Below, piece by piece: positions 54,654 to 63,794 of a DNA stretch of 64,000 nt. The notes below the pieces were generated by a model. It was given only the letters and a program-made list of their open reading frames with translations, was not told where the DNA came from and did no database searches. The DNA is from Bacteroidales bacterium. GTDB lineage: Bacteria; Bacteroidota; Bacteroidia; Bacteroidales; JAADJA01. The position numbers were made by a program, and so were the translations under genes. The stretch spans positions 1,277-65,276 of the forward strand of contig JAFGBL010000090.1 in NCBI GenBank assembly GCA_016933115.1, given 5' to 3'. The first letter of the stretch is position 1. Every line of letters starts with the position of its first letter.

Positions 54654-55922
54654 TTATTTCGATAAAATAAATTTCCTGGTAGATATTTCATTATTGTTTT
54701 TGACAACCAGATAATAAACTCCTGCCGGCAAATCACCATTTTCCCACTTGATGATGATCTCTTCTGAATTGTTTCCTGCCATATTGATTTCATCCACCTT
54801 TTGGCCCTGGTTGTTTAAAATGGAAATTGATATATTTTCACTTGTCAATTCTGAAGTATTAATCATAATTGTCGCTTCATTTGAAACCGGGTTCGGATAA
54901 ATAAAAACTTTATCAGAATCAACATGATGCTGCTCCTCGCCCACCATATAATCATAGCTCATCCAAACACCCTGATCGGTGCAGCAAAAAATGGCGATGG
55001 CGCTCATGGATGGATTCAGGAGGATTTTATTGATGTTCGTACTCGGCAAACCATCATTCAAAAAGGAAAGGCCGGGGGATGGGACGTTGGGATCATAAAT
55101 GGCTATCCCTTCATTGCCTCCCGAAGGGGATTCCCATCCGACAAAAATGGTGTTCATGGCATCAAAACCAACGGAACTCATATTATCGCTCCAGAATTCA
55201 ACACTCCAGCTTTGTCCGTAATCATCCGAACGGTAAAGCCCGGATGAATTGGAATAATCGGGGAAAACGCCAAGTAAGTTTCCCTCATAGTTAAATTTAA
55301 GATCGGTGATGATGGGCGCACCGGCAACGGCTTCGTGCCAGGACACACCGTAATCGTTTGACCAGTAAATATTGTAAATATTGCTCACTTCCGTCACGAC
55401 CAGGTGGTTTTCATAAAAATCCATGGCGGTGCAGGATTTCCCAATAAAAAACGGCACCTCCGACCAATTCGTTCCATCCACCGATTTCCACAACCCGCCA
55501 AACTGCGAACCGATATAATATTCATTTGTGAATGTGTCCGTATTTCCATCCATCACCGGTACCAACAAAAGAAAGTTCGGATTGACGATCCATTCCGCCA
55601 CTTCAAATTGATGGTTTTCCAGGTCAAATGTGTAAACGCCGTCGGAATAACTTCCATTTCCCATAGACACAAGTATTCTTGTACCATCCAGGTAGGCTGC
55701 CCCGGTCACCGGCAGGCCTCCGTAAGTATAAAAACTCCATTCCTCAATATCATCTTCCCATAAGTACATCCCATCTGGCGAACAGATCACCCCCTTCCAC
55801 GATCCGACACCAAAACAAATATTATTCGCGTGGATAGATTCGGGGCAAAAAGGGAGCCAGGTGTATGGATAAATAGCTGAAGATAAAAGCAGGAGACACG
55901 TCAGAAATATGGTCTTTTTCAT
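54654..55922 (-). CDS. T9SS-secreted BNR/propeller-like protein
   Basis: A signal peptide is present. BNR-like SxDxGxxW repeats include SVDGTNW, SNDYGVSW and SDDYGQSW. The C-terminus VFIYPNPVSNEATIMI...GVYYLVVKNNNEISTRKFILSK is a T9SS CTD. Confidence 0.75.
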   Translation of the reverse strand: MKKTIFLTCLLLLSSAIYPYTWLPFCPESIHANNICFGVGSWKGVICSPDGMYLWEDDIEEWSFYTYGGLPVTGAAYLDGTRILVSMGNGSYSDGVYTFDLENHQFEVAEWIVNPNFLLLVPVMDGNTDTFTNEYYIGSQFGGLWKSVDGTNWSEVPFFIGKSCTAMDFYENHLVVTEVSNIYNIYWSNDYGVSWHEAVAGAPIITDLKFNYEGNLLGVFPDYSNSSGLYRSDDYGQSWSVEFWSDNMSSVGFDAMNTIFVGWESPSGGNEGIAIYDPNVPSPGLSFLNDGLPSTNINKILLNPSMSAIAIFCCTDQGVWMSYDYMVGEEQHHVDSDKVFIYPNPVSNEATIMINTSELTSENISISILNNQGQKVDEINMAGNNSEEIIIKWENGDLPAGVYYLVVKNNNEISTRKFILSK

Positions 55923-55950
55923 TTGAACGGGGTTTTTTGATGATCAAACC

Positions 55951-55958
55951 CAAAAGTA
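55951..55958 (-). promoter_or_regulatory. Candidate -7 promoter box (TACTTTTG on the minus strand) for the 422-aa cargo gene
   Basis: Exact TAnnTTTG match, 29 nt upstream of the ATG at 55922. Confidence 0.45.
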
Positions 55959-56049
55959 CAAAAAAGACCGGTTTAATACAAAATAATTCGATATGAAATT
56001 AGGCTGGATAATTGCCAAATTACAGGAGGCAGGAATTTTCAAATAATAC

Positions 56050-56841
56050 TCATTTTTTATTTCGGAGTTTCTTTTCAATGATCTTCCGGATCTTTTCCTC
56101 CGAAGGCGGAGGTCCAAAGGTCACTTTTTTATTATCCACATAAACGGCATCGGAAATTCCCCATTCTTCAAAATTATCTTTATCTAACGTATCGACCGCG
56201 ACCACTTCTACTTTTTCATCAAATTCGGCAGCCACTTTTTTGGCCCGTTCACAGGTAAGGTTTTGAGCCGGGCACCATCCATTGTTGAGGCAGGTAACGG
56301 TTACTTTATCAGAAGCAACTTCAGGCCTCTTCTTTTGCCTGATCCATTTTGGAGGGACGGCATCATCGGCAAATGTTTTCCAAAGCAACACTTCACCCAA
56401 AAAGCCATTTTTATCAACCGGCACATAACCCTGCTTTTTGTACCATTTCGCTTTCATCCAAACCGGTAATGAAATGCCCCAGGCAACAAGCCCCTTGGCT
56501 CCAAGTTGCCGAACATCCTCTTCAGCAGCTTTCAGCATGGCTTTTCCCATGCCCTGTCCCCTGAAATCGCCTCTTCCCTGTTTATAGCCATGTACCCAAA
56601 TACATCCAATGAAGTACAAATCCTTCCCTTTTACCCAGGAATATTCAATGGGAAAATACTGGATCATGCCGCCGACAACACCTTGATCATCCAGGGCCAT
56701 TTTAACCCGCAAACCTTTATCCTTCATTTTTTCGTACCACCGTTTTTTAACAGGGATTACCTCACGGATTTCATCCGACCAGTCTTCGAGGCACATCAGG
56801 TAGGAATCCAGGTGCTTTTCAGTAAGATCAACAACTTGCAT
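56050..56841 (-). CDS. GNAT-family N-acetyltransferase fused to a small Cys-containing thioredoxin-like/YoaP-like C-terminal domain
   Basis: The GNAT acetyl-CoA loop is RGQGMGKAMLKAAEEDVRQLGAKG. The C-terminal ~85 aa reads KVTVTCLNNGWCPAQNLTCERAKKVAAEF..VEVVAVDT...GISDAVYVDNKKV. Confidence 0.7.
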   Translation of the reverse strand: MQVVDLTEKHLDSYLMCLEDWSDEIREVIPVKKRWYEKMKDKGLRVKMALDDQGVVGGMIQYFPIEYSWVKGKDLYFIGCIWVHGYKQGRGDFRGQGMGKAMLKAAEEDVRQLGAKGLVAWGISLPVWMKAKWYKKQGYVPVDKNGFLGEVLLWKTFADDAVPPKWIRQKKRPEVASDKVTVTCLNNGWCPAQNLTCERAKKVAAEFDEKVEVVAVDTLDKDNFEEWGISDAVYVDNKKVTFGPPPSEEKIRKIIEKKLRNKK

Positions 56842-57056
56842 AATTCAGAAATTTAAAATTCCCCTGGTCTATTAACAATAAATTGGTAAGGTTGTTTGCT
56901 TATAAATGTTATATTCATCAACGCCTTTCAAACCGGCTTTATAGATAAGTCATTTCGAATTCCTATGCTGATTCAGAGTTTTTAAGCATTCTAAATAAAA
57001 ATGAGCAACCTTCATTCGATGTCGCTTGTCTTAACAGCAAAATAAAAAAATCAAAA

Positions 57057-59423
57057 ATGAAGAGATTTACATTTTTATTGGGATTAATAATCATTTCAGT
57101 TGTTGCCTTTTCCCAGCAACCAGGTTATTCCAAAGTTAAAGTCTATGCCAATGATCAGCAACTAGTTCAAATGGCACAGGCCGGTATCGACGTCACCGAA
57201 GGGATCATGAAAAAGGGTGTTTTTGTGATTTCCGATTATTCAGAGCATGAGATTGCCAAAATCGATGCTTTGGGATTGAATTATGAAGTTCTGATCGATG
57301 ATGTGTCGAAGTTTTATGTTGATCAAAATATCGGGAAATCCACCAATATTGATGACTACAAAGATGCTGGTGACTATGAGGTTCCTGAAAATTTCGAATT
57401 CGGGTCCATGAGCGGCCATGCCACTTTTAACGAAATTGTGGCCCATCTCGACAATATGGTCGACCTGTTCCCCAACCTGATCACTGCCAAGGAATCCATC
57501 GGACAATCCATTGAAGGCAGGGAAATGTGGATGGTTAAAATTTCTGATAATCCGAATGTTTATGAAACCGAGCCCGAGGTTCTCTACACAGCCCTTCACC
57601 ATGCCCGTGAACCGGCAGGCGTGATGAACCTTTTATTTTATATGTATTACCTGCTCGAAAATTATGATAGCGATCCCTTTATCCAAACCCTGGTGAATAA
57701 TACGGAAATGTATTTTATTCCGGTACTTAACCCGGATGGATATGTCTACAACCAGACAACCAATCCAAATGGAGGCGGGATGTGGCGTAAAAACAGGAAT
57801 CCCAATGGCGGCGGTTGTAACGGAGTGGATATTAACAGGAACTATGGATATATGTGGGGATACGACAATAACGGTTCTTCACCCGATCCGTGTGATGAAA
57901 CCTATCGCGGTGCATCTGCTTTCTCAGAGCCGGAGATTGATGCTGTGAGGGATTTTTGTGAAATGCACCAATTTAAAAATGCCTTGAACTATCACACTTA
58001 CAGCAACCTGCTCTTATATGCCTGGGGCTATACCGACGAACCATGCCCTGATGATGATATTTTTTATGCCCATGCCACATTGATGACGCAGGATAACCAC
58101 TATACCTACGGCCCGGGAAGTACAACAATATACCCCACCAATGGCGGTTCCGACGACTGGATGTACGGTGAGCAGGTAACCAAGAACAAGATTTTTGCCT
58201 ATACCCCGGAACTTGGCGGTGACAATGACGGCTTTTGGTGCCCCATCAACCGGATCGTTCCCATTGCGCAGGAAAATATGATCCAGAATATCCTGGCAGC
58301 AGCTTTTGCCGGGAGATATGCGGAAGTGAAAGATGTATCTTCCAACATTACAAATCAAACATCGGGTTATCTGACTTTTGACATTACCCGCCTGGGATTA
58401 ATGGATGGCGGAACTTATACCGTAAGCCTTGAACCCGCCAGCATTGAAGTTATTTCAACCGGCGACCCGATTACATTTTCAAATTTAGGCATATTGCAAA
58501 CGGAGAGCGATTCCATCGCATATGAATTAGATCCGGCAATACAGGCAGGAACCTCCTTCAAATTTTTACTATCAGTCGATAACGGTGATTACGTCCTTTC
58601 CGATACGATTACCAAAATTTTGGGTGAAGCCATTGTTTTGTTCGAAGACAACTGTAACACATTGACCAACTGGACATCGACCCAATGGGGAGTTACTACT
58701 GCAAGTTATCATTCACCAACGGGTTCGATCACCGATTCGCCCAGCGGTAATTATCCCAATAGCCAAACCCGTACCATTGTCATGAATGATGAAATCGACC
58801 TGGCCGACGTTGGTTATGCCATGCTGAATTTCTGGGCAAAATGGGAGATCGAACAAGGGTGGGATTTTGTACAATTACTCGTTTCGTTGAATGGCAGCAG
58901 CATCTGGACACCATTGGCGGGTAAATATACTGTTTCGGGCAACGAAAACCAGGAGCCGGGTGAACCATTATATGACGGATTCCAGACAGATTGGGTGAAA
59001 GAAGAAATCGACCTGTCCGAATTTATCGGCAATACCGTTCGATTCTCATTTGTTCTGCACAGCGATTGGTCGGTAAATGAAGACGGCTACTATTTTGACG
59101 ATTTCACCGTTTCTATTGTTGAATTGGCATCGACAGGTATTGACAATCCTGGAAATATTGTAAATGATGTTAAAATTTCGAACCCAATACCCAACCCTGC
59201 TCAAGGTTCTGTTCAGTTTAATTTTATAACCATGAACAAGGTTCAAAACGCGTTATTTAATATTTACAATGCAACCGGGCAAATGGTTTTTGAAAGCGTT
59301 CTGGCAGAAGATCAAAGAACCATAAATGTAAATGTATCGAATTGGGAACCCGGAATTTACTACTACAGGATGGAAGGAACAAATATAAGCACTGAAGCTA
59401 AAAAGCTGGTGGTAATAAAATAA
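57057..59423 (+). CDS. T9SS-secreted zinc carboxypeptidase (peptidase M14) with a MAM/CBM-like domain, paralogue 1
   Basis: The zinc-binding sequence is HHAREPAG (HxxE). NRNYGYMWG, NYHTY (second His) and FAYTPELG (catalytic Glu) are present. The C-terminus ISNPIPNPAQGSVQFNF...GIYYYRMEGTNISTEAKKLVVIK is a T9SS CTD. Confidence 0.88.
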   Translation: MKRFTFLLGLIIISVVAFSQQPGYSKVKVYANDQQLVQMAQAGIDVTEGIMKKGVFVISDYSEHEIAKIDALGLNYEVLIDDVSKFYVDQNIGKSTNIDDYKDAGDYEVPENFEFGSMSGHATFNEIVAHLDNMVDLFPNLITAKESIGQSIEGREMWMVKISDNPNVYETEPEVLYTALHHAREPAGVMNLLFYMYYLLENYDSDPFIQTLVNNTEMYFIPVLNPDGYVYNQTTNPNGGGMWRKNRNPNGGGCNGVDINRNYGYMWGYDNNGSSPDPCDETYRGASAFSEPEIDAVRDFCEMHQFKNALNYHTYSNLLLYAWGYTDEPCPDDDIFYAHATLMTQDNHYTYGPGSTTIYPTNGGSDDWMYGEQVTKNKIFAYTPELGGDNDGFWCPINRIVPIAQENMIQNILAAAFAGRYAEVKDVSSNITNQTSGYLTFDITRLGLMDGGTYTVSLEPASIEVISTGDPITFSNLGILQTESDSIAYELDPAIQAGTSFKFLLSVDNGDYVLSDTITKILGEAIVLFEDNCNTLTNWTSTQWGVTTASYHSPTGSITDSPSGNYPNSQTRTIVMNDEIDLADVGYAMLNFWAKWEIEQGWDFVQLLVSLNGSSIWTPLAGKYTVSGNENQEPGEPLYDGFQTDWVKEEIDLSEFIGNTVRFSFVLHSDWSVNEDGYYFDDFTVSIVELASTGIDNPGNIVNDVKISNPIPNPAQGSVQFNFITMNKVQNALFNIYNATGQMVFESVLAEDQRTINVNVSNWEPGIYYYRMEGTNISTEAKKLVVIK

Positions 59424-59444
59424 ATGCCTGTTTTCATAATATTC

Positions 59445-59478
59445 AACCCCTGGAGATAACCTTCAGGGGTTTTTTTTG
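59445..59478 (+). terminator. Rho-independent terminator between the two M14 paralogues
   Basis: An 8-bp stem (aacccctg 59445-59452 pairs with caggggtt 59464-59471) is followed by a T-run, 22 nt after the stop. Confidence 0.8.
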
Positions 59479-59494
59479 TTGCCATTATTATCCG

Positions 59495-59502
59495 TAATTT
59501 TG
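59495..59502 (+). promoter_or_regulatory. Candidate -7 promoter box TAATTTTG for M14 paralogue 2
   Basis: Exact TAnnTTTG match, 20 nt upstream of the ATG at 59522 and just after the terminator. Confidence 0.5.
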
Positions 59503-59521
59503 TTGGTAAACATCCTGTAAA

Positions 59522-61873
59522 ATGAAAAAATCTTGCTTGTTAATTTTTGCCCTGTCAATTTCTTTTGCCTCCTTTTCACAAGTGAAATATTCCAAAGTCA
59601 AAATTTATACTGAGAATTTGGAACAAATTGCACGGCTGGGAATAGCTGTGGAAGAAGGAGAGCATAAGATGGGCGAATATTTGATTACTGATCTTTCGGA
59701 AAATGAACTGGCCTGTCTGGAAAAAGCGCACATCCATTATGAAATACAGCTAAACGATGTAGCAAGTTACTATTGGGAAAGGAACAAGGGTAAATCATTT
59801 CAAATTGCCGATTACAAAAACCCTGGAGATTACGAGGTTCCTGAAAATTTTGAATTCGGATCCATGAGCGGGCATGCTACTTATGATGAAATCACAGATA
59901 ATCTCGATAACATGCTCAACCTGTTTCCCAACCTGATCACAGAAAAGGAATCTATCGGTCAAACCATTGAAGGCCGGGAAATGTGGATGGTTAAAATTTC
60001 GGATAACCCAAACCTAAATGAAGCCGAACCGGAAGTTTTTTACAATGCCCTCACCCATGCCCGGGAGCCGGCAGGAGCAATGAGCCTGCTATTTTACATG
60101 TATTACCTGCTCGAAAATTATAACACCGATCCGTTTATTCAAACCCTGGTCGATAACACCGAAATGTATTTTGTTACCGTGGTCAACCCGGACGGATATG
60201 TTTACAACCAGACGACCAATCCCAATGGAGGAGGCATGTGGCGCAAAAACCGAAGGGATAACGGGGATGGTACTTATGGGGTGGATTTGAATAGAAATTA
60301 TGGCTACATGTGGGGATACGACAACTATGGTTCTTCACCCAATCCAGGATCGGAAACTTACCGGGGAACGGCTCCATTTTCCGAGCCGGAAATCGACAAT
60401 ATCCGAATTTTTTGTGAAAGCCACGAGTTCAAAACATCTATCAATTACCATACATATGGTGGCCGGTTGCTTTATCCGTGGGATTATGATTACATCACCT
60501 GCCCCGATAATGATATACTGCACGCTTTTGGGGAAGTGATGATCAGGGATAATCAATATAATCTCAGCCAGGGAATTTACATGTATGCCATGAATGGAAG
60601 TGCCGACGACTGGCAATACGGGGAACAAACAACCAAAGGCAAAATGTTTGCCTATCTACCTGAACTGGGAACCAACAACGACGGTTTCTGGTGTCCCATC
60701 GACCGGATTATTCCCATTGCGCAGGAAAACATGATCCAAAACATAATGCTCGCCTCCTTTGCCGGGAAATATGCAGAGGTGAACAACTTAAGTGGAACCA
60801 TTATTCCAGAGCTAAATAATTACCAGGTTTTCGACATCAAAAGATACGGGCTAACGGAAGGCCTATACACCGTTTCCCTGATCCCGGTCAGCCCTGAAAT
60901 TATTTCCGTGGGCGAGCCAAAACCGTTCCCAAACCTTGAACTTCTCGAACAACAAACCGATTCTATTGCTTTTATTCTTGATCCCGAAGTGGCAAACGGA
61001 ACGGAAATAATAATTGTGCTCTCCCTATTCAATGGCGATTATTATGTGAATGACACCCTCACTAAAATTTTTGGGGAACCTGTCAATATATTTACTGACA
61101 ACTGTAGCAATATGGATAACTGGACATCAAGCCAGTGGGGGGTGACAGGAAGTAGCTATATTTCTCCTTATGGCTCCATTACCGATTCACCGGGTGGCAA
61201 TTACTCCAACAATCAAACACGCACCATTACACTGAATGATGCTATCGATCTGGATGAAACCGTGTATGCGGTTCTGAATTTCTGGGCCAGGTGGGAAATT
61301 GAAACCGGTTATGATTATGTACAACTTTTAATCTCCACTGATAATGGAATCAGTTGGTCGCCAATGCAAGGAAAATATACAATTACCGGAAATGAGAACC
61401 AGGCATCCGGAGAGCCTGTATATGATGGCTTTCAAACAGAATGGGTGAAAGAGGAGATCAATCTGTCGGATTACCTTGGAAATATGATTTTATTCCGCTT
61501 TGTCTTAAATTCTGATTACTCCACCGTTGAGGACGGCTATTATTTCGATGATTTCATCGTCACCGTTGTAATGCCCGGAACCACAGGTACGGTTGAACCG
61601 GCTAATGTCGCAAAAAAGATAGAATTCTCGGATCCTATTCCCAATCCTGCTCAAAATGCCGTACAGTTTATTTTTACAAGCCTGAACACAGTTCTGAATG
61701 CTTCATTTAATATTTACAACGCGATCGGACAAAAAGTGTTTGAAAGAGTTCTGGCAGAAGATCAGAGAACAATTTCAATAAATGTTTCAGGATGGGAGCC
61801 GGGAATTTACTACTACATGATGGAAGGAACCAATATCTGCACTGAGGCTAAAAAGCTGGTGGTAGTTCATTAA
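59522..61873 (+). CDS. T9SS-secreted zinc carboxypeptidase (peptidase M14) with a MAM/CBM-like domain, paralogue 2
   Basis: It is collinear with 57057-59423. Motifs are THAREPAG, NRNYGYMWG, NYHTY and FAYLPELG. The T9SS CTD ends in EAKKLVVVH. Confidence 0.88.
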   Translation: MKKSCLLIFALSISFASFSQVKYSKVKIYTENLEQIARLGIAVEEGEHKMGEYLITDLSENELACLEKAHIHYEIQLNDVASYYWERNKGKSFQIADYKNPGDYEVPENFEFGSMSGHATYDEITDNLDNMLNLFPNLITEKESIGQTIEGREMWMVKISDNPNLNEAEPEVFYNALTHAREPAGAMSLLFYMYYLLENYNTDPFIQTLVDNTEMYFVTVVNPDGYVYNQTTNPNGGGMWRKNRRDNGDGTYGVDLNRNYGYMWGYDNYGSSPNPGSETYRGTAPFSEPEIDNIRIFCESHEFKTSINYHTYGGRLLYPWDYDYITCPDNDILHAFGEVMIRDNQYNLSQGIYMYAMNGSADDWQYGEQTTKGKMFAYLPELGTNNDGFWCPIDRIIPIAQENMIQNIMLASFAGKYAEVNNLSGTIIPELNNYQVFDIKRYGLTEGLYTVSLIPVSPEIISVGEPKPFPNLELLEQQTDSIAFILDPEVANGTEIIIVLSLFNGDYYVNDTLTKIFGEPVNIFTDNCSNMDNWTSSQWGVTGSSYISPYGSITDSPGGNYSNNQTRTITLNDAIDLDETVYAVLNFWARWEIETGYDYVQLLISTDNGISWSPMQGKYTITGNENQASGEPVYDGFQTEWVKEEINLSDYLGNMILFRFVLNSDYSTVEDGYYFDDFIVTVVMPGTTGTVEPANVAKKIEFSDPIPNPAQNAVQFIFTSLNTVLNASFNIYNAIGQKVFERVLAEDQRTISINVSGWEPGIYYYMMEGTNICTEAKKLVVVH

Positions 61874-62093
61874 TTTTAATTGATAAGAGTCATATTGAAC
61901 GTATGCGAAACAATAATAAATTACTATTAGATTCTTCGCTATCACTCAGACTGACAACAAAATGAGCTTTCGGATATCTTCTTTTCTATTTTTAAATCTT
62001 CAGATAATTTAACTTTTAAATTTTCCAAATATTTTCAACACCCGCCTCTTTATAATTTATTTTCCAAAAACTAATTTCTGCCCGGTCTTATAC

Positions 62094-62101
62094 TAATTTT
62101 G
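62094..62101 (+). promoter_or_regulatory. Candidate -7 promoter box TAATTTTG for the M23 peptidase gene
   Basis: Exact TAnnTTTG match, 37 nt upstream of the ATG at 62138. Confidence 0.45.
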
Positions 62102-62137
62102 GATTTTAACAGTTGTTAATCTTTTGAAAAGAGCGTT

Positions 62138-63409
62138 ATGAAGCAAAAAAGAGTCACTGAAATTATCATCCTTTCCGCCTTGGCAATCCTCATTATTCTG
62201 TTTGTAACATACTTTTCAAAAGAAAAAGACCTCACTGCCGAACAAATTCCGGAATTGGAAGCCAGAATTCCAATATTCGCCTACGGAATTGATATCGATT
62301 CACTGGTGGTATTTAAGGACCGGATCAAAAAAAACCAGTTTGTTTCCGACATCCTTCAAACATATAATGTGGATTATCCAACCATCGACCTGATGGCCAA
62401 ACGATCATCCAACGTGTTTGATGTGCGTAAGTTCAGGGCAGGGAATTATTATTCGGTGATCTGCACCAATGATACCCTGCAAAAGGTGCAGTATTTCATT
62501 TATGAAAACTCTCCTACCTCCTATGTAATTTACGATTTAAGGGATTCGATCCATGCGCATATGGGTGAGAAAGATGTAACAACTTCGGCCAGAACCACTT
62601 CAGGCATCATCGAATCATCGTTGTGGAATGCCATGATCACCAACAATACCGATCCCAACCTGGCCAACGAGCTATCGGAAATTTATGCCTGGGTGATCGA
62701 CTTTTTCGGCATTCAAAAAGGAGATTATTACAAAGCAGTTTACGACGAGCTTTTCGTTGAAGGCGAGAGCATCGGCATTGGTAAGGTTCATGCAGCATTG
62801 TTCCACCACGCCGATAACGACTATTACGCCTTTTACTTTGTAAAGGACAGCACCGGTGATTATTTCGACGATGAGGCCAACAGTATGCGCCGCACCTTTC
62901 TGAAAGCGCCGCTACGTTATCGGAGGATCAGTTCGGGATATTCCAATAGCAGGTTACATCCAATTTTAAAAGTCCGCCAGCCCCACCATGGGGTGGATTA
63001 TGCGGCAGATGCCGGGACACCCGTTCAGGCCGTGGGTGATGGAATAGTGATTTTTGCACGTTATAAAGGTGCCAATGGCAATATGGTGAAAATCAAACAC
63101 AACGGCACTTACACAACAGCTTACCTACATTTGTCGGGATTCGGAAAAGGGATCAGAGAAGGAAAATCCGTTAAACAGGGCGATGTGATCGGTTATGTTG
63201 GGAGTACCGGACGTTCAACCGGCGCACACCTCGATTTTCGTTTTTACAGAAACGGTCAGGCCATCAATCCCCTCAAGGTAGAATCGCCCCCTGCGGAACC
63301 GGTGGATTCGACTTACCTGTCAGAATACAACCAACTTGTAAATCATTATAAAATACAATTGGATTCCATCGCGATTGAAAATAAAACCGAATTGGCGGGA
63401 ATGAAATAA
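62138..63409 (+). CDS. M23-family metallopeptidase (LytM/lysostaphin-like) with an N-terminal membrane anchor
   Basis: The HxxxD motif is PHHGVDYAA and the HxH region is GSTGRSTGAHLDFRF. There is one N-terminal TM helix. Confidence 0.88.
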   Translation: MKQKRVTEIIILSALAILIILFVTYFSKEKDLTAEQIPELEARIPIFAYGIDIDSLVVFKDRIKKNQFVSDILQTYNVDYPTIDLMAKRSSNVFDVRKFRAGNYYSVICTNDTLQKVQYFIYENSPTSYVIYDLRDSIHAHMGEKDVTTSARTTSGIIESSLWNAMITNNTDPNLANELSEIYAWVIDFFGIQKGDYYKAVYDELFVEGESIGIGKVHAALFHHADNDYYAFYFVKDSTGDYFDDEANSMRRTFLKAPLRYRRISSGYSNSRLHPILKVRQPHHGVDYAADAGTPVQAVGDGIVIFARYKGANGNMVKIKHNGTYTTAYLHLSGFGKGIREGKSVKQGDVIGYVGSTGRSTGAHLDFRFYRNGQAINPLKVESPPAEPVDSTYLSEYNQLVNHYKIQLDSIAIENKTELAGMK

Positions 63410-63420
63410 CTCTCATAACC

Positions 63421-63583
63421 GCTAAGCGCTTTTGATCTAAACTGAATTTCGATTGTCGCCAGCCTGACGGACAGACAGAATTAACGATTTATAATTTTAG
63501 AACATCCCCAAAACAAAACTTCACAAATCTTCATTCGTTGATCTTCATTCGCTAATCATATACCATTGATTGCTAAGCGCTTT
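63421..63583. repeat. Short direct repeats in a 385-nt intergenic region
   Basis: gctaagcgcttt occurs at 63421-63432 and again at 63572-63583, and it contains the palindrome aagcgctt. Between the two copies, atcttcattcg occurs at 63527-63537 and 63541-63551 (period 14). Confidence 0.6.
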
Positions 63584-63794
63584 CGAAGCAGCAAGCCGCA
63601 TTTGACTTAATATTATACAGTAAGTCGATAAAATCGAAACTGTTTCAATTTTCAATTTGATTTATCGTAATCTTTAAACAAAACCAATAAAAAACATGTT
63701 AATTATCAATGGTTGACTTTACTTTCATTTATCACTAAATTTGTCTGATCTTTTTCAAAACCAAAGAAATACACACTAACTAAACTTGCTACAA

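Noticed and set aside
57057-61873. Possibility that the tandem M14 genes are an assembly duplication artefact
   Set aside because: The copies differ at many amino-acid positions throughout. They are separated by a unique spacer with its own terminator and promoter box, so they are genuine paralogues.
63585-63599. gaagcagcaagccgc, which superficially resembles the GGAAGCAGCC core of SRP (4.5S) RNA
   Set aside because: The flanking conserved SRP elements and the long helix are absent. Nothing else in the window looked like an rRNA, tRNA, tmRNA or RNase P RNA either.
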